This document shows positions 18,946 to 28,344 of a stretch of 64,000 nt of DNA, piece after piece. The notes under the pieces are model-generated. The model was not told the origin of the DNA and did no database searches. It saw only the letters and a program-made list of their open reading frames with translations. How positions within the stretch are numbered: the first letter of the stretch is position 1; each line of letters begins with the position of its first letter. The position numbers were made by a program, and so were the translations under genes. The DNA lies in the NCBI GenBank assembly GCA_964535385.1, contig CAZHSY010000002.1:6939-70938 (forward strand). The letters are read 5' to 3'. Origin of the DNA: an uncultured Candidatus Saccharibacteria bacterium (GTDB lineage: Bacteria > Patescibacteriota > Saccharimonadia > CAILAD01 > GCA-016700035).

Positions 18946-19974
18946 TTAACGGTTACTCATCACACTCCGAATATAGTCGTCCAGATTCTCCAACGCAATG
19001 CCTGTGCCTCGGGCCACTGCCAGCATCGGCTCGTCGGCTACATAGGCTGGCACACCAGTAATCTTCGTCATCAGCTTATCAATATTGCGCAGCTGACTAG
19101 CGCCGCCAGTCATGACCATGCCACGGTCGATAATATCTGATGACAGTTCTGGTGGAGTCTGCTCGAGTACGTTTTTGACCGCTGCCAGGATACTATCAAG
19201 TTCATCCTGAATCGCCTGAGTTACCTCATCGCTGTCCAATTTAATCGTCTTCGGGAGGCCAGCAATCATATCACGACCCCGAATCTGCATAGTTAGTGGC
19301 ACTTCAAGCGGTAAGGCCGAACCGATTTCTTTCTTGATATCCTCGGCTGTCTGATCACCAATAATCAAGCCATATTTGCGACGAATATAGTCGGCGATGG
19401 CCGCGTCGATCTTATTACCACCAATCCGAACTGAATTCTGGGCCACAATCCCACCGAGCGAAAGAATCGCGACCTCGGTCGTGCCGCCACCTATATCAAC
19501 GATCAAGTTCCCTGCTGGCGCCGCGATTGGGACTCCGGCTCCAATTGCGGCTGCAACTGGCTCACGAATGATATGCGCCTTGCGAGCACCAGCAGCCATA
19601 GCCGCATCAATCACCGCCCGTCGTTCGGTCGACGTTACACCAGCCGGCACTGATATCATCAGCTCTGGCCGATTAAAACGGATATTACCCGAGACTTTAT
19701 CAATATAATGTTTAAGCATGGCTTGAGTGATGCGATAATCCGCGATCACACCGTCTTTCAACGGTCGATTCGCCGTAATAATATCCGGTGTGCGGCCCAG
19801 CATCTCTTTAGCTTCGTTACCGATGGCGACGATACGGTTATCATCCACCGAGACCGCCACCACACTTGGCTCATTGGCAACAATGCCCTTCTTCGGTACA
19901 TAGACCAAAGTATTGGCGGTGCCTAAATCAATCGCGATACGACGTTTTAACATATACCCTCTATTGTACTGCAA
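18946..19974 (-). CDS. MreB/Mbl-like actin homolog (second paralog)
   Basis: IAIDLGTANT, DIGGGTTEVA and VMTGGAS motifs. Confidence 0.85.
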   Translation of the reverse strand: MQYNRGYMLKRRIAIDLGTANTLVYVPKKGIVANEPSVVAVSVDDNRIVAIGNEAKEMLGRTPDIITANRPLKDGVIADYRITQAMLKHYIDKVSGNIRFNRPELMISVPAGVTSTERRAVIDAAMAAGARKAHIIREPVAAAIGAGVPIAAPAGNLIVDIGGGTTEVAILSLGGIVAQNSVRIGGNKIDAAIADYIRRKYGLIIGDQTAEDIKKEIGSALPLEVPLTMQIRGRDMIAGLPKTIKLDSDEVTQAIQDELDSILAAVKNVLEQTPPELSSDIIDRGMVMTGGASQLRNIDKLMTKITGVPAYVADEPMLAVARGTGIALENLDDYIRSVMSNR

Positions 19975-20081
19975 GTATCAACAGGAGTCAGTATCGAGAC
20001 TACGCTCCTCGGTGACATTTTTATTGAACACGCTTAAAAATAAGTCGCATTGAGAAATAAGAAACCCCAGATGTATAATGG

Positions 20082-21563
20082 ATGTCACCAATGCCACTCT
20101 CAAAACCAACTCGTAATTTTCTAGCCCTCTTCCTAGGTACCACTACCGTCATCATCGGTACGGTGCTATTACTTGCTATAGCAATGGGCTGGCAGTATGA
20201 CTTCTCGACCGGCGAATTGCGGGAAACTGGCCTCATACTCATGAATAGTGAACCAAGTGGTGCTACGATCACCATCAATAATGATGAGACACGCAACAGA
20301 ACCCCCTATCGCTACACCAGTGTAAATCCTGGACGTTATGAGATTAAATATACCCTCGACAAATTTCGACCTTGGATAAAGCAAGTATCAGTTGCTGCCG
20401 AACGAGTCAGCTTCGCCGACTACGCCTGGATGATTCCAAGTCAAGTGCCGACTCGTTCACGTTATACTAATATCAGTTTTCAAACTGCTTGGCAGAGTCT
20501 CGATCGGCGGCGCTTCGTCTTACGTGAGCAATCAAGCCCAACAGCCGAGCCTCGGCTCTACACCAGCACTGACTTGGCTCGACCGCCTGTTCTGCTCTAC
20601 ACGCCTAGCCTTAATCCCAGCACTCCAGCCAGCACTAATGCTGCGGCCGTCTCGACTATCGACAATCTCACATACAGTGCCGATGGCGACCAGATCCTTT
20701 TCTCGCAAACCCGCACCGATGGTAGTGTCGACTGGCTGACAATGCCAGCTGCACCCACCAGCACACCAAAAATTACTAATCTCACAACTACCCATAACAT
20801 CAAGCCTACCTGGATCAGCTGGAGTCCAAGCGGCAGTAATGAACTTTATTTCACCCAAGATCAAGTCATGCGCCGCATCACCCTCAGTGATCAGTCCATT
20901 AGCCCTGAACTCATCAAACAGGTCTGGGCAGCTCAGTGGAGTAACCAGACCCTCTTGACCGTCGAAGGTCAGACTGATCAACGTGAGCTGAAAGCCCGCG
21001 TTCGCGATCAGTTGAATAATCCTGAAACCATCTCCAAGATTGCTGCCAGCGCCACATACCAACTCGCCTATTTTAAATTCCTCAGTGAGGACTATATCGC
21101 TAGTCTGCCACTCGATACCCAGACCCTTAACATCTCTCGCGGTATCTTCGCCAACAAAGCTCAACGTACTACCAGTGCGGCTGGCTCCCACATTACAAAA
21201 TTCACCGTCAATCGCAGTGGTCGCTACCTCGTACATAATCAAAATAATCGTTTTGTCTCAATTGATTTCGAGCAAAACCAACGCTACCGCTTCAATACTT
21301 CTCTCCAGGGCCTGACTAACTGGGATTGGATCAATGATCAACACCTCGCTGTTGTCACCGGCGATCAATTACGCCTGATTGATTACGATGGTCAGAATAA
21401 CGAGCTTATCGGCACCCACTTAACAGGAACCGATAGCATTACATTCGGAGATGCGAAGTCCATTCTCGCCTTCCAGCAAGCTGACAAAACCGCCGCTGAT
21501 ACCACCACTCAAAATAGCCTTTGGATGCACTTTTTCCTGAACCCTGATCGTATTATTGAATAA
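20082..21563 (+). CDS. PEGA-domain membrane-anchored protein
   Basis: N-terminal TM, then SEPSGATITINNDETRNRTPYRYTSVNPGRYEIKY (PEGA-like). Confidence 0.4.
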   Translation: MSPMPLSKPTRNFLALFLGTTTVIIGTVLLLAIAMGWQYDFSTGELRETGLILMNSEPSGATITINNDETRNRTPYRYTSVNPGRYEIKYTLDKFRPWIKQVSVAAERVSFADYAWMIPSQVPTRSRYTNISFQTAWQSLDRRRFVLREQSSPTAEPRLYTSTDLARPPVLLYTPSLNPSTPASTNAAAVSTIDNLTYSADGDQILFSQTRTDGSVDWLTMPAAPTSTPKITNLTTTHNIKPTWISWSPSGSNELYFTQDQVMRRITLSDQSISPELIKQVWAAQWSNQTLLTVEGQTDQRELKARVRDQLNNPETISKIAASATYQLAYFKFLSEDYIASLPLDTQTLNISRGIFANKAQRTTSAAGSHITKFTVNRSGRYLVHNQNNRFVSIDFEQNQRYRFNTSLQGLTNWDWINDQHLAVVTGDQLRLIDYDGQNNELIGTHLTGTDSITFGDAKSILAFQQADKTAADTTTQNSLWMHFFLNPDRIIE

Positions 21564-21733
21564 ATTACGGCTTTACGCTGTTGTCGCCGTCCGATCCTAA
21601 AGTCTTGGGCTCATTAATGTAGAAAGGCTGAAAGTCATGTACAATAGAGGATCTTTTTGCTGAAGCGCAGGAAGTAATCACTGTTTGATAATCTGATAAG
21701 AAAGAAAAAAGACAGATTAATAATCTACTTTTT

Positions 21734-21820
21734 CTGGTGCCAGAGGTGGGACTCGAACCCACACACAGTTGCCCGTACACGATTTTGAGTCGTGCGTGTC
21801 TACCAGTTCCACCACTCTGG
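21734..21820 (-). tRNA. tRNA-Leu (anticodon CAA), type II with long variable arm
   Basis: rc reads GCCAGAG..CTCAAAA (anticodon loop)..long variable arm..GGTTCGAGTCC..CTCTGGCACCA; the 7-bp acceptor stem pairs perfectly; CCA is encoded. Confidence 0.85.
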
Positions 21821-21890
21821 CGAGTGTGAAGTAAAGTAATCTGTTTTCAGATGTCAAACTGCCGATGTATTATAATACGGACAAGACATT

Positions 21891-23174
21891 ATGCCAACTC
21901 ATGATCAGGACAAAACTGGCGGTACACTAGAATTCTCCGACCTCGTCGATCCTTCGGATCCACAACGCGGAGTGGCTTCGTCTACGCATAAACTGCCTAC
22001 TCCTCCAGTCGATACCCACTTCCAGCCGCCAGTGCCGACTGGCGAGATGTCATCTGGCATTACCGAAGCTGTCCACCATACAAGTACTCATAAACCGGAA
22101 CCCTCAACTCCAGCTGAACCGCCCGTCTTTCGAAACCCCCTAGCCGCCAATCACCAAGCTCACCTGGTAGAGCTTGGTGCTGATGCAGCTCCTGCGCCGA
22201 GCCTTAATCTAGCCTGCAACCAAGCTGGCTCAGTCCGCCTCAACCTGTCGCCCCTGTTTGATACCTTTATCAGCCATGGCCTGCGCGATGATCGTGAGAC
22301 CCAGCCGGCGCTGACACTTTTCGGTAAAATTGCCCTCAAGCTAAAACTCAACCGCATCTTTACCAAAGATGCCTGGCGGTATGTCGGGATTGGCGTACTC
22401 AGCTTCGGTATATTCTTACTACTGTTCAACTTCCAGACCCTTGCCACGCAGCTCAATTATGTTTTTAGTCCACCCAAGCCCAGTGCTCCAGTTACAGCTA
22501 CGCCAGTCCCAGCCACAGTCGCCAAACAAACCGCCAATCAAGCCGAGGCCGCACCCCCGGGGAATGTCGTTATTATTCCGAAGATCAATGTAAATGCACC
22601 GATTATCCTCGAGCCTTCGATCCAGGAGCAAGCCATCCAGAAATCACTTCAACATGGAGTTATTCACTACGCCGGCACAGCATTGCCCGGTGAACGCAGC
22701 AATATGGCACTCTTCGGCCACTCCTCAAACGACTGGTGGGAACCAGGTGATTATAAATTTGTTTTCGCCCTCCTCGATAAGCTGGTCGTTGGCGACCAGG
22801 TGCAAGTCAATTACGAGCAGAAGAAATACGTTTATCAAGTAACTGGTAGTCGGGTCGTCGAGCCAACCGAGATTTCCGTCCTGCAACCCACTTCTGAGCC
22901 ACAATTAACACTGATTACCTGCACGCCTCCAGGCACGAGTTGGAAACGCCTGGTCGTAACGGCTAAACAAATATCACCCGTACCAGACCAGCCTCTAGAA
23001 CAGGAACAAGCAGCACAAGCCACCGCCCCTGAAATTGCCCTTCCGGGCAATGCCCCGTCATTATTTGACCAGATTAAAGGCTGGTTTGGACTGGGGCCGA
23101 AAGCCACAACGACGCCAGGAGCGAGTCCGGCACCAGGAGATAGTAAGCGCAATTATCTCCCCGACGCCGCTTAG
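21891..23174 (+). CDS. sortase-family transpeptidase with about 170-aa cytoplasmic N-terminal extension
   Basis: LFGHSS (His), TLITCTP (catalytic Cys) and downstream Arg; one TM before the catalytic domain. Confidence 0.75.
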   Translation: MPTHDQDKTGGTLEFSDLVDPSDPQRGVASSTHKLPTPPVDTHFQPPVPTGEMSSGITEAVHHTSTHKPEPSTPAEPPVFRNPLAANHQAHLVELGADAAPAPSLNLACNQAGSVRLNLSPLFDTFISHGLRDDRETQPALTLFGKIALKLKLNRIFTKDAWRYVGIGVLSFGIFLLLFNFQTLATQLNYVFSPPKPSAPVTATPVPATVAKQTANQAEAAPPGNVVIIPKINVNAPIILEPSIQEQAIQKSLQHGVIHYAGTALPGERSNMALFGHSSNDWWEPGDYKFVFALLDKLVVGDQVQVNYEQKKYVYQVTGSRVVEPTEISVLQPTSEPQLTLITCTPPGTSWKRLVVTAKQISPVPDQPLEQEQAAQATAPEIALPGNAPSLFDQIKGWFGLGPKATTTPGASPAPGDSKRNYLPDAA

Positions 23175-23189
23175 GTACCTCCTTGATCT

Positions 23190-23325
23190 CCACGCGGCTT
23201 ACTTTGAGTGCACTGGCCGGCGTTTTTCAGACTTCAAAAATCCTCGTCGTACCTAAATACGCCTGTGGTTTTTGAAGCGATCAACCTTGGCCAGCACTAC
23301 CCAAAGATAGCCCGGTACTAGGTGG
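23190..23325. repeat. left copy of about 136-bp inverted repeat
   Basis: about 94% identical to the reverse complement of 26757-26892; contains an internal palindrome cttcaaaaa..tttttgaag. Confidence 0.75.
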
Positions 23326-23387
23326 AGGCGCGAGGGCGCTGGATGTAGCGGGTATTGGGAGTCTCACAATGTACTGCAGGCCTGGCC

Positions 23388-23577
23388 TGACTCGAAAACC
23401 AGTGCCCAACCACTCTCACAATGTACCCGGTCATTTTGAGTGAGCTCTAGGTGAGTTTTCTGATAGGAGCGGAAGAAGGCGTATATGATAATACGTCGAC
23501 TGAGCACCGCTGCAGAAAAGTCGCCTGGAGCCACTCTAAAATGGGCGGCTTTCAGGACTCGCCGACTAGCCCTTAGT
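23388..23577. repeat. dispersed intergenic element copy E2
   Basis: caggcctggcctg hairpin + gaaaaccagtgcccaaccac + ggagcggaagaaggcgtatatgataatacg core; flanked by the direct repeat tctcacaatgtac. Confidence 0.55.
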
Positions 23578-24699
23578 TTAGTTAACTAAACTAAGGGCAT
23601 ACTCAGGCCACCACTCGCCAGCGCTCGGCCCGCCATTACAAGCCCCGTCCGATTCGCCCGGGTACTTGACCCACAGCACCGCATCCAGTGCCCCCTGGCC
23701 AGTCACAGCCCGAGGCACTTCACCGATCTTGCGGCCGGTCGGATTACACCATTCAAGATTCGGCGCCGGACCAGCACCATTACGGCTGCTATCAACCACT
23801 ACATGCAGACCACCCGTTAACTGGCTGATTTGCTGACCATACTGACGTGACTCAGTAGTGGTTAAGAAATTCGAAATATTCAAAGCAATACCATGCAGGT
23901 GCTCTACCCCAACTTCTTTCAGTCTACTAGCGATCTCGGCCGCAGTGTGCCAGCGAGCGTTACCTGCATCGAGATAGACATAGTGGTTCGGCGAGCTTGT
24001 TAGGGTCGTGATCGCAGTACGTAAGATATTTACCCGCTCCGCCTTCTGAGCACCAGATAAACATTCCCAGCCAGCCAAGGCATCTGGCTCGAGCAAGAAT
24101 ACCGCCTTACTCCCCTGTGAAGCATTTTGGATGGCTTGAATCCAGCTTTGATAAGCCGCGGCCGATGATGCGCCGCCAGCTGAGTAGCTACCACAATCAC
24201 GTACCGGAATGTTATACAGCACAAAAACTGGTAACGCCCCTTGAGCCCGCATATTACTGAGCTCTTGGGTGGTGGCTGCTCCAATATTACTCTGCCAATC
24301 ACCCAGCCACACCGTGACTGGAGTCTGAGCGATTCTTCGCATGACAGCAGCGTCGGCAGCTCGAGTGCTCGACCACTCCGCTACCGTAACCTGGGCTGGA
24401 TTATCTGGATCCACAAAAAGCTTAGCACCCACAAATGGATTCGCCCGGGCAACAGCGGCTGGCTGGCTGGCCTGACCATGGACACTAGCAGGGGTCGCTA
24501 TTTCAGTCGGCGTCAACTGCGGTGCGGGCGTGGGAGTAGTCTGATTTGCCGCCAGGAGCTGTACTGAATTATTCGCGGCCCGCTTGCGAGCCAGCAATTC
24601 ATGCAAGCCAACCGCCCCATTCATCCCGCCCAGTACATATAGTACCGCCACCAGCCAGACCACAATGAGACTACGCCACGACCGAATATTCATCTTCAC
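23578..24699 (-). CDS. glycoside hydrolase family 6 (cellulase/cellobiohydrolase-type), secreted
   Basis: both GH6 signatures are present: VLYNIPVRDCGSYSAGG and VFLLEPDALAG; C-terminal VLWVKYPGESDG; N-terminal signal anchor. Confidence 0.85.
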   Translation of the reverse strand: MKMNIRSWRSLIVVWLVAVLYVLGGMNGAVGLHELLARKRAANNSVQLLAANQTTPTPAPQLTPTEIATPASVHGQASQPAAVARANPFVGAKLFVDPDNPAQVTVAEWSSTRAADAAVMRRIAQTPVTVWLGDWQSNIGAATTQELSNMRAQGALPVFVLYNIPVRDCGSYSAGGASSAAAYQSWIQAIQNASQGSKAVFLLEPDALAGWECLSGAQKAERVNILRTAITTLTSSPNHYVYLDAGNARWHTAAEIASRLKEVGVEHLHGIALNISNFLTTTESRQYGQQISQLTGGLHVVVDSSRNGAGPAPNLEWCNPTGRKIGEVPRAVTGQGALDAVLWVKYPGESDGACNGGPSAGEWWPEYALSLVN

Positions 24700-24821
24700 C
24701 CCCCTTGAAATACTTACGTTTACTCTAGAGTATTCCTATAACCATAGTCAAATTGACCTGTACATAATCCAACTGTGGACGTCATTTATCCCCTGAATTA
24801 TCATGGACTTTAGCGGCTAAC

Positions 24822-24850
24822 TATAGACAAGATGATATATTTATGTTAAT
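24822..24850 (+). promoter_or_regulatory. candidate promoter TAGACA-17-TAATAT (extended -10 TGtTAATAT)
   Basis: ends 9 nt before ATG 24860, implying a very short leader. Confidence 0.35.
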
Positions 24851-24859
24851 ATATCCCGC

Positions 24860-25267
24860 ATGACTAACGATTACTCAACAACCCTGTTCGCAGAGTTTGC
24901 ATCGGACCTGAAGCCACGTCAGGTAGAGCGCTCTATGAAGGCACTGGATCGCCAGATTCTGCGCCTGTTTGCAGTCGATAATCGTGAGCTTGTCCTGCAA
25001 TTACTACCCGGCCTCTCATCGCGTCGCTTCGGTAGCCGCTTCGGCGTCCAGCCAAAAGCTCTCCGTGCACCTGAGAGCCTGTCGTGGCAAGCCTTTATTA
25101 CGACCGTCCAGCGTGAAGCCAAGATCAAAAACTGGCAGGAGACAGAAAATCTCGTCGACGCTTACTTGCGAGCTCACGTTTTTCTAATGACTCCAAAGGC
25201 TCGCCTGAGTTTTGCTTCAGTCTGCCCTGACGACGTCATGCGCTCCTACTTGCGAGCCTTGAACTAA
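24860..25267 (+). CDS. hypothetical protein
   Basis: 135 aa with no motif recognised. Confidence 0.4.
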   Translation: MTNDYSTTLFAEFASDLKPRQVERSMKALDRQILRLFAVDNRELVLQLLPGLSSRRFGSRFGVQPKALRAPESLSWQAFITTVQREAKIKNWQETENLVDAYLRAHVFLMTPKARLSFASVCPDDVMRSYLRALN

Positions 25268-25280
25268 GCGCCTACAGTAG

Positions 25281-26108
25281 GTGCGAATGAATGTCTCACT
25301 CGTCTCCCCTCAGCCACCAGATCCGACGCTCGCCTTTGGACTCCTACCTCAGCCTAAGGCCCTCCCGATCGTTCAAGTGGTTGGCGGTAGTCCAGGCGGC
25401 TTAGCTAATCTCCACGGACTCTCGTCTTTTCTTGATGCGGGTCGTATCCGATCGCAGCTAATAGTGCCAATTACATCACTGCCGCTCCTCCCAACAGTAG
25501 CCCAAGGATTATCTGGCCCCAGCCTTCACCAGGCCACCAGTGACACCGATATCGGTATCGTTGGTCCTGGTCTTAAACTTACCAGTGACACGCAAATTAT
25601 CCTTGATAAATGGCTCCCTCAAGCTGGCCCGACTATTCTGACAGACGAGGTAGTTGGACTCCTCAAGATCAATTCAAGCCTCTTCGATGAGCGCAATGTA
25701 CACTGGCTCATAAGCCTACCTGGATTAGTAAAAATGGCCAGCTCAACCAATCGTAAAGCTCGCCTCACACCAGATGGTGGAGTGCATAATGTTGCCCGCA
25801 TTATGGCTGCACAAGCCATCCGAGCCGACTGGCTGGCTGTCTACAGCCATGACCGCGTGTACATCTGGCTCCCATCAGAAGAAATTCTCTTACACACCCC
25901 AATCGCCGCAGGCAATTCTGAGCAAGTGATCCGTAATGGTCTCATAACTCTCACTCTCAGCCTTGTATATCGCCGCCTCAGCGCCCTTAGTCTCGAAACA
26001 CGGTGGCAAGTGACCCTTTGGACTCTGCAACGCCTACAGGCCTCCTTGACGGCACATCAACAAGTAGCTGCCTTATCAAGCGCACTTGAAGCAGCTGCTC
26101 AAGAATAA
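25281..26108 (+). CDS. hypothetical protein
   Basis: 275 aa, co-oriented and 13 bp downstream of the previous ORF. Confidence 0.45.
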   Translation: MRMNVSLVSPQPPDPTLAFGLLPQPKALPIVQVVGGSPGGLANLHGLSSFLDAGRIRSQLIVPITSLPLLPTVAQGLSGPSLHQATSDTDIGIVGPGLKLTSDTQIILDKWLPQAGPTILTDEVVGLLKINSSLFDERNVHWLISLPGLVKMASSTNRKARLTPDGGVHNVARIMAAQAIRADWLAVYSHDRVYIWLPSEEILLHTPIAAGNSEQVIRNGLITLTLSLVYRRLSALSLETRWQVTLWTLQRLQASLTAHQQVAALSSALEAAAQE

Positions 26109-26168
26109 ATACAAAAATAGACTTACAATCAAAAACACCCCAGAAGAGGGGTGTTTTTGATTAGATAT

Positions 26169-26342
26169 TTAGCGTACGCGCTGTTTAACTGCGTAGACGA
26201 TGCCCCACACGAGCAGAGCAACGGCAACAGCAGTAGCAGCAATCACAACCACGTTGCTGGTAGCACCGGTAACTGGCAAAGTAGCACCAGTAGCGAGACC
26301 AACGGTGGTAGGAAGCGTAGCGCCGCCTTTACCGTATTCCAT
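26169..26342 (-). CDS. 57-aa peptide consisting of a sortase sorting signal (LPVTG + TM + KQRVR), or a remnant of a surface-protein gene
   Basis: MEYGKGGATLPTTVGLATGATLPVTG-ATSN-VVVIAATAVAVALLVWGIVYAV-KQRVR; GGAG lies 9 nt upstream of the second ATG; there is no N-terminal signal peptide. Confidence 0.35.
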   Translation of the reverse strand: MEYGKGGATLPTTVGLATGATLPVTGATSNVVVIAATAVAVALLVWGIVYAVKQRVR

Positions 26343-26674
26343 GGATGAAAACTCCATTAAACTTATTTTACTTAATGTCAAGTAAGCATAAGTGCTGTTA
26401 ATACAACTTAAAACGAGGGAAGAAGAGACTTTTACGTCGCTTCTCACCCTCGTTTCAATGGCATAATAATAGCAAACTTAAGCGTATTTGTCAATAGTTT
26501 TCAGAGTACAGTTTTACGGAGTCTTTCTTACGCTAGGTGCAATTCACCAAAGGATAAGCCCGCATAAAATAGAGACTATATGTATACGAAAAGCTCCTCT
26601 CTCAGTGCCCAACTACCCCATGTCAGCACCCAGCAATATGAGTGAGTCAGAATTGACTTTCTATGTATGGATCA

Positions 26675-26735
26675 CAAGAAAGCGTATATCTAATTATGGT
26701 AATGAGCACAGTGAGAGATAAATAAGTTCACCACC
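26675..26735. repeat. partial copy (E7) of dispersed element core
   Basis: agaaagcgtatatctaattatggtaatgagcacagtgagag matches the GCGTATATATAATTACGGTG..GAGCAC core. Confidence 0.4.
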
Positions 26736-26756
26736 AGTCCCATTGCCCTCGCGTCA

Positions 26757-26892
26757 CCACCTAGTGCCGGGTTACTCTGGGTAGTGCTGGCCAAGGTTGA
26801 TCGCTTCAAAAACCACAGGCGTATTTAGGTACGACGAGGATTTTTGAAGTCTGAATAACGCCGGCCAGTGCACTCAAAGTAGACCGCGTAGG
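26757..26892. repeat. right copy of about 136-bp inverted repeat
   Basis: reverse complement of 23190-23325 with about 8 mismatches; abuts the xseB stop. Confidence 0.75.
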
Positions 26893-26894
26893 GA

Positions 26895-27119
26895 CTAGGC
26901 ACTCTCTTTAGAAAATTTTTGGCGTATCGTCTCGATCTGCTGCTCCGCCTTATCCAACTGGTCCTGCAGATCGGCTGCTAACTTCGTCCCGCGTTCGAAA
27001 GCTGTAATTGCTGCCTGCAAATCGATATCATCCGACTCGAGTGCGGCTGTAATCTTATCCAATTCCTGGAGTTTGTCACGAAAAGTCGATGCTGGTTTGG
27101 GGTTCTGACCCTGAATCAT
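26895..27119 (-). CDS. xseB: exodeoxyribonuclease VII small subunit
   Basis: helical about 75-aa protein MIQGQNPKPASTFRDKLQELDKITAALESDDIDL.. typical of XseB; overlaps the xseA 3' end; an alternative start exists at 27146. Confidence 0.8.
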   Translation of the reverse strand: MIQGQNPKPASTFRDKLQELDKITAALESDDIDLQAAITAFERGTKLAADLQDQLDKAEQQIETIRQKFSKESA

Positions 27120-28344
27120 ACTGAGGTTCCTTCTTTGGCTTAACAACTGGCTTTGACGGCACTACAGATGGAGGGGCGCCAACTTCACCCTCAGAGACTG
27201 CTCCGAGATTACCTTGGCGCAATTGTAACACGAACTGAGCTCCTGCCGGCAATTGGTTGGCTTGCATTACCACCTCATCGCCAACTCGAGCGATGGCATA
27301 TCCGCGACCAAGAATTCGCTCTGGATTCGAAGCGTGCAACGTCCGTCCACCTTCAGCAATATGGCGCTGCCAGGACTGCCAACGAGCTTGCCAGGCCTGA
27401 TCAAAAGCCCGCGCCGCCGTCCGTAAGCGTTCCTGAGCCAAGCGCTCAACCACACCATACACAGCCGTCACTCGACGAATACTCTGTCGGCACGCTTCGG
27501 CCAGACGCTGCAGGGCCGATGTCTGACGCTCTACCGCGTGCCCCAGTTGCTGACCGACCGCTACCTGGTCAGGCGTCAGGCGGCGAGCTGCGTCTGTCGG
27601 AGTGGCAGCGCGAACATCAGCCACTAGCTCTGCTAGACTCACGTCATCCTCATGGCCGATACCAACGATCGTCGGAATAGCACTGGCGTAGATCGCCCGC
27701 ACCACTGGCTCGGTATTAAAGACCTGCAAATCCTCAGCACTACCGCCGCCTCGGATAATAATAATCGCCTCGAGTTCCGAATGCTGCTGGTTCAGATACT
27801 GGAGCGCCCCAACCACATCACCAACTGCCGGGTCACCCTGAACCTGTACATGAGTATGGATAACCTCCATTAAGGGCCAGCGATCACGGGCGATAGTAAT
27901 GAAGTCATTGAAAGCTGCAGCTTCGGTCGAAGTAATGAGGCCAATCTTCTCAGGGTAGGTTGGCAGGGCTCGTTTACGCTCCTCAGCAAACAACCCCTCG
28001 GCTTCAAACTGAGCTTTCATTTTCTCGAAAGCTTGTTTAACCTCGCCAGCTCCAGCCAGCTCGACCGATTTGACCGTCAATGAGAATTTACCCCACTTCG
28101 TCAGATTTGGTACCGCGCTAACCCGCACCAGCATGCCGTCTTCGAGTACTGTATTGAGCTGATACTTGGTCATGAAGCAACTGATTGTTGTATCACTGTC
28201 TTTTAAGTCGAAAAAAATCCACTTCCCTTGATTCACCCGAAAACTCGCTACTTCCCCTTCGACCACAACTGCTGGATAAGCGTAAGCCAGAGTTTGGTTC
28301 ACAAACTCCCGTAACTCCGTTACCGACAATACTTCCGGGGTCAC
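27076..28344 (-). CDS. xseA: exodeoxyribonuclease VII large subunit
   Basis: N-terminal OB fold, central catalytic region IIRGGGS.EDL, C-terminal coiled-coil. Confidence 0.85.
   Translation of the reverse strand: MTPEVLSVTELREFVNQTLAYAYPAVVVEGEVASFRVNQGKWIFFDLKDSDTTISCFMTKYQLNTVLEDGMLVRVSAVPNLTKWGKFSLTVKSVELAGAGEVKQAFEKMKAQFEAEGLFAEERKRALPTYPEKIGLITSTEAAAFNDFITIARDRWPLMEVIHTHVQVQGDPAVGDVVGALQYLNQQHSELEAIIIIRGGGSAEDLQVFNTEPVVRAIYASAIPTIVGIGHEDDVSLAELVADVRAATPTDAARRLTPDQVAVGQQLGHAVERQTSALQRLAEACRQSIRRVTAVYGVVERLAQERLRTAARAFDQAWQARWQSWQRHIAEGGRTLHASNPERILGRGYAIARVGDEVVMQANQLPAGAQFVLQLRQGNLGAVSEGEVGAPPSVVPSKPVVKPKKEPQYDSGSEPQTSIDFS

Noticed and set aside
21565-21780. 71-aa ORF on minus strand
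   Set aside because: It overlaps the tRNA-Leu gene and its downstream region and is not a plausible protein.
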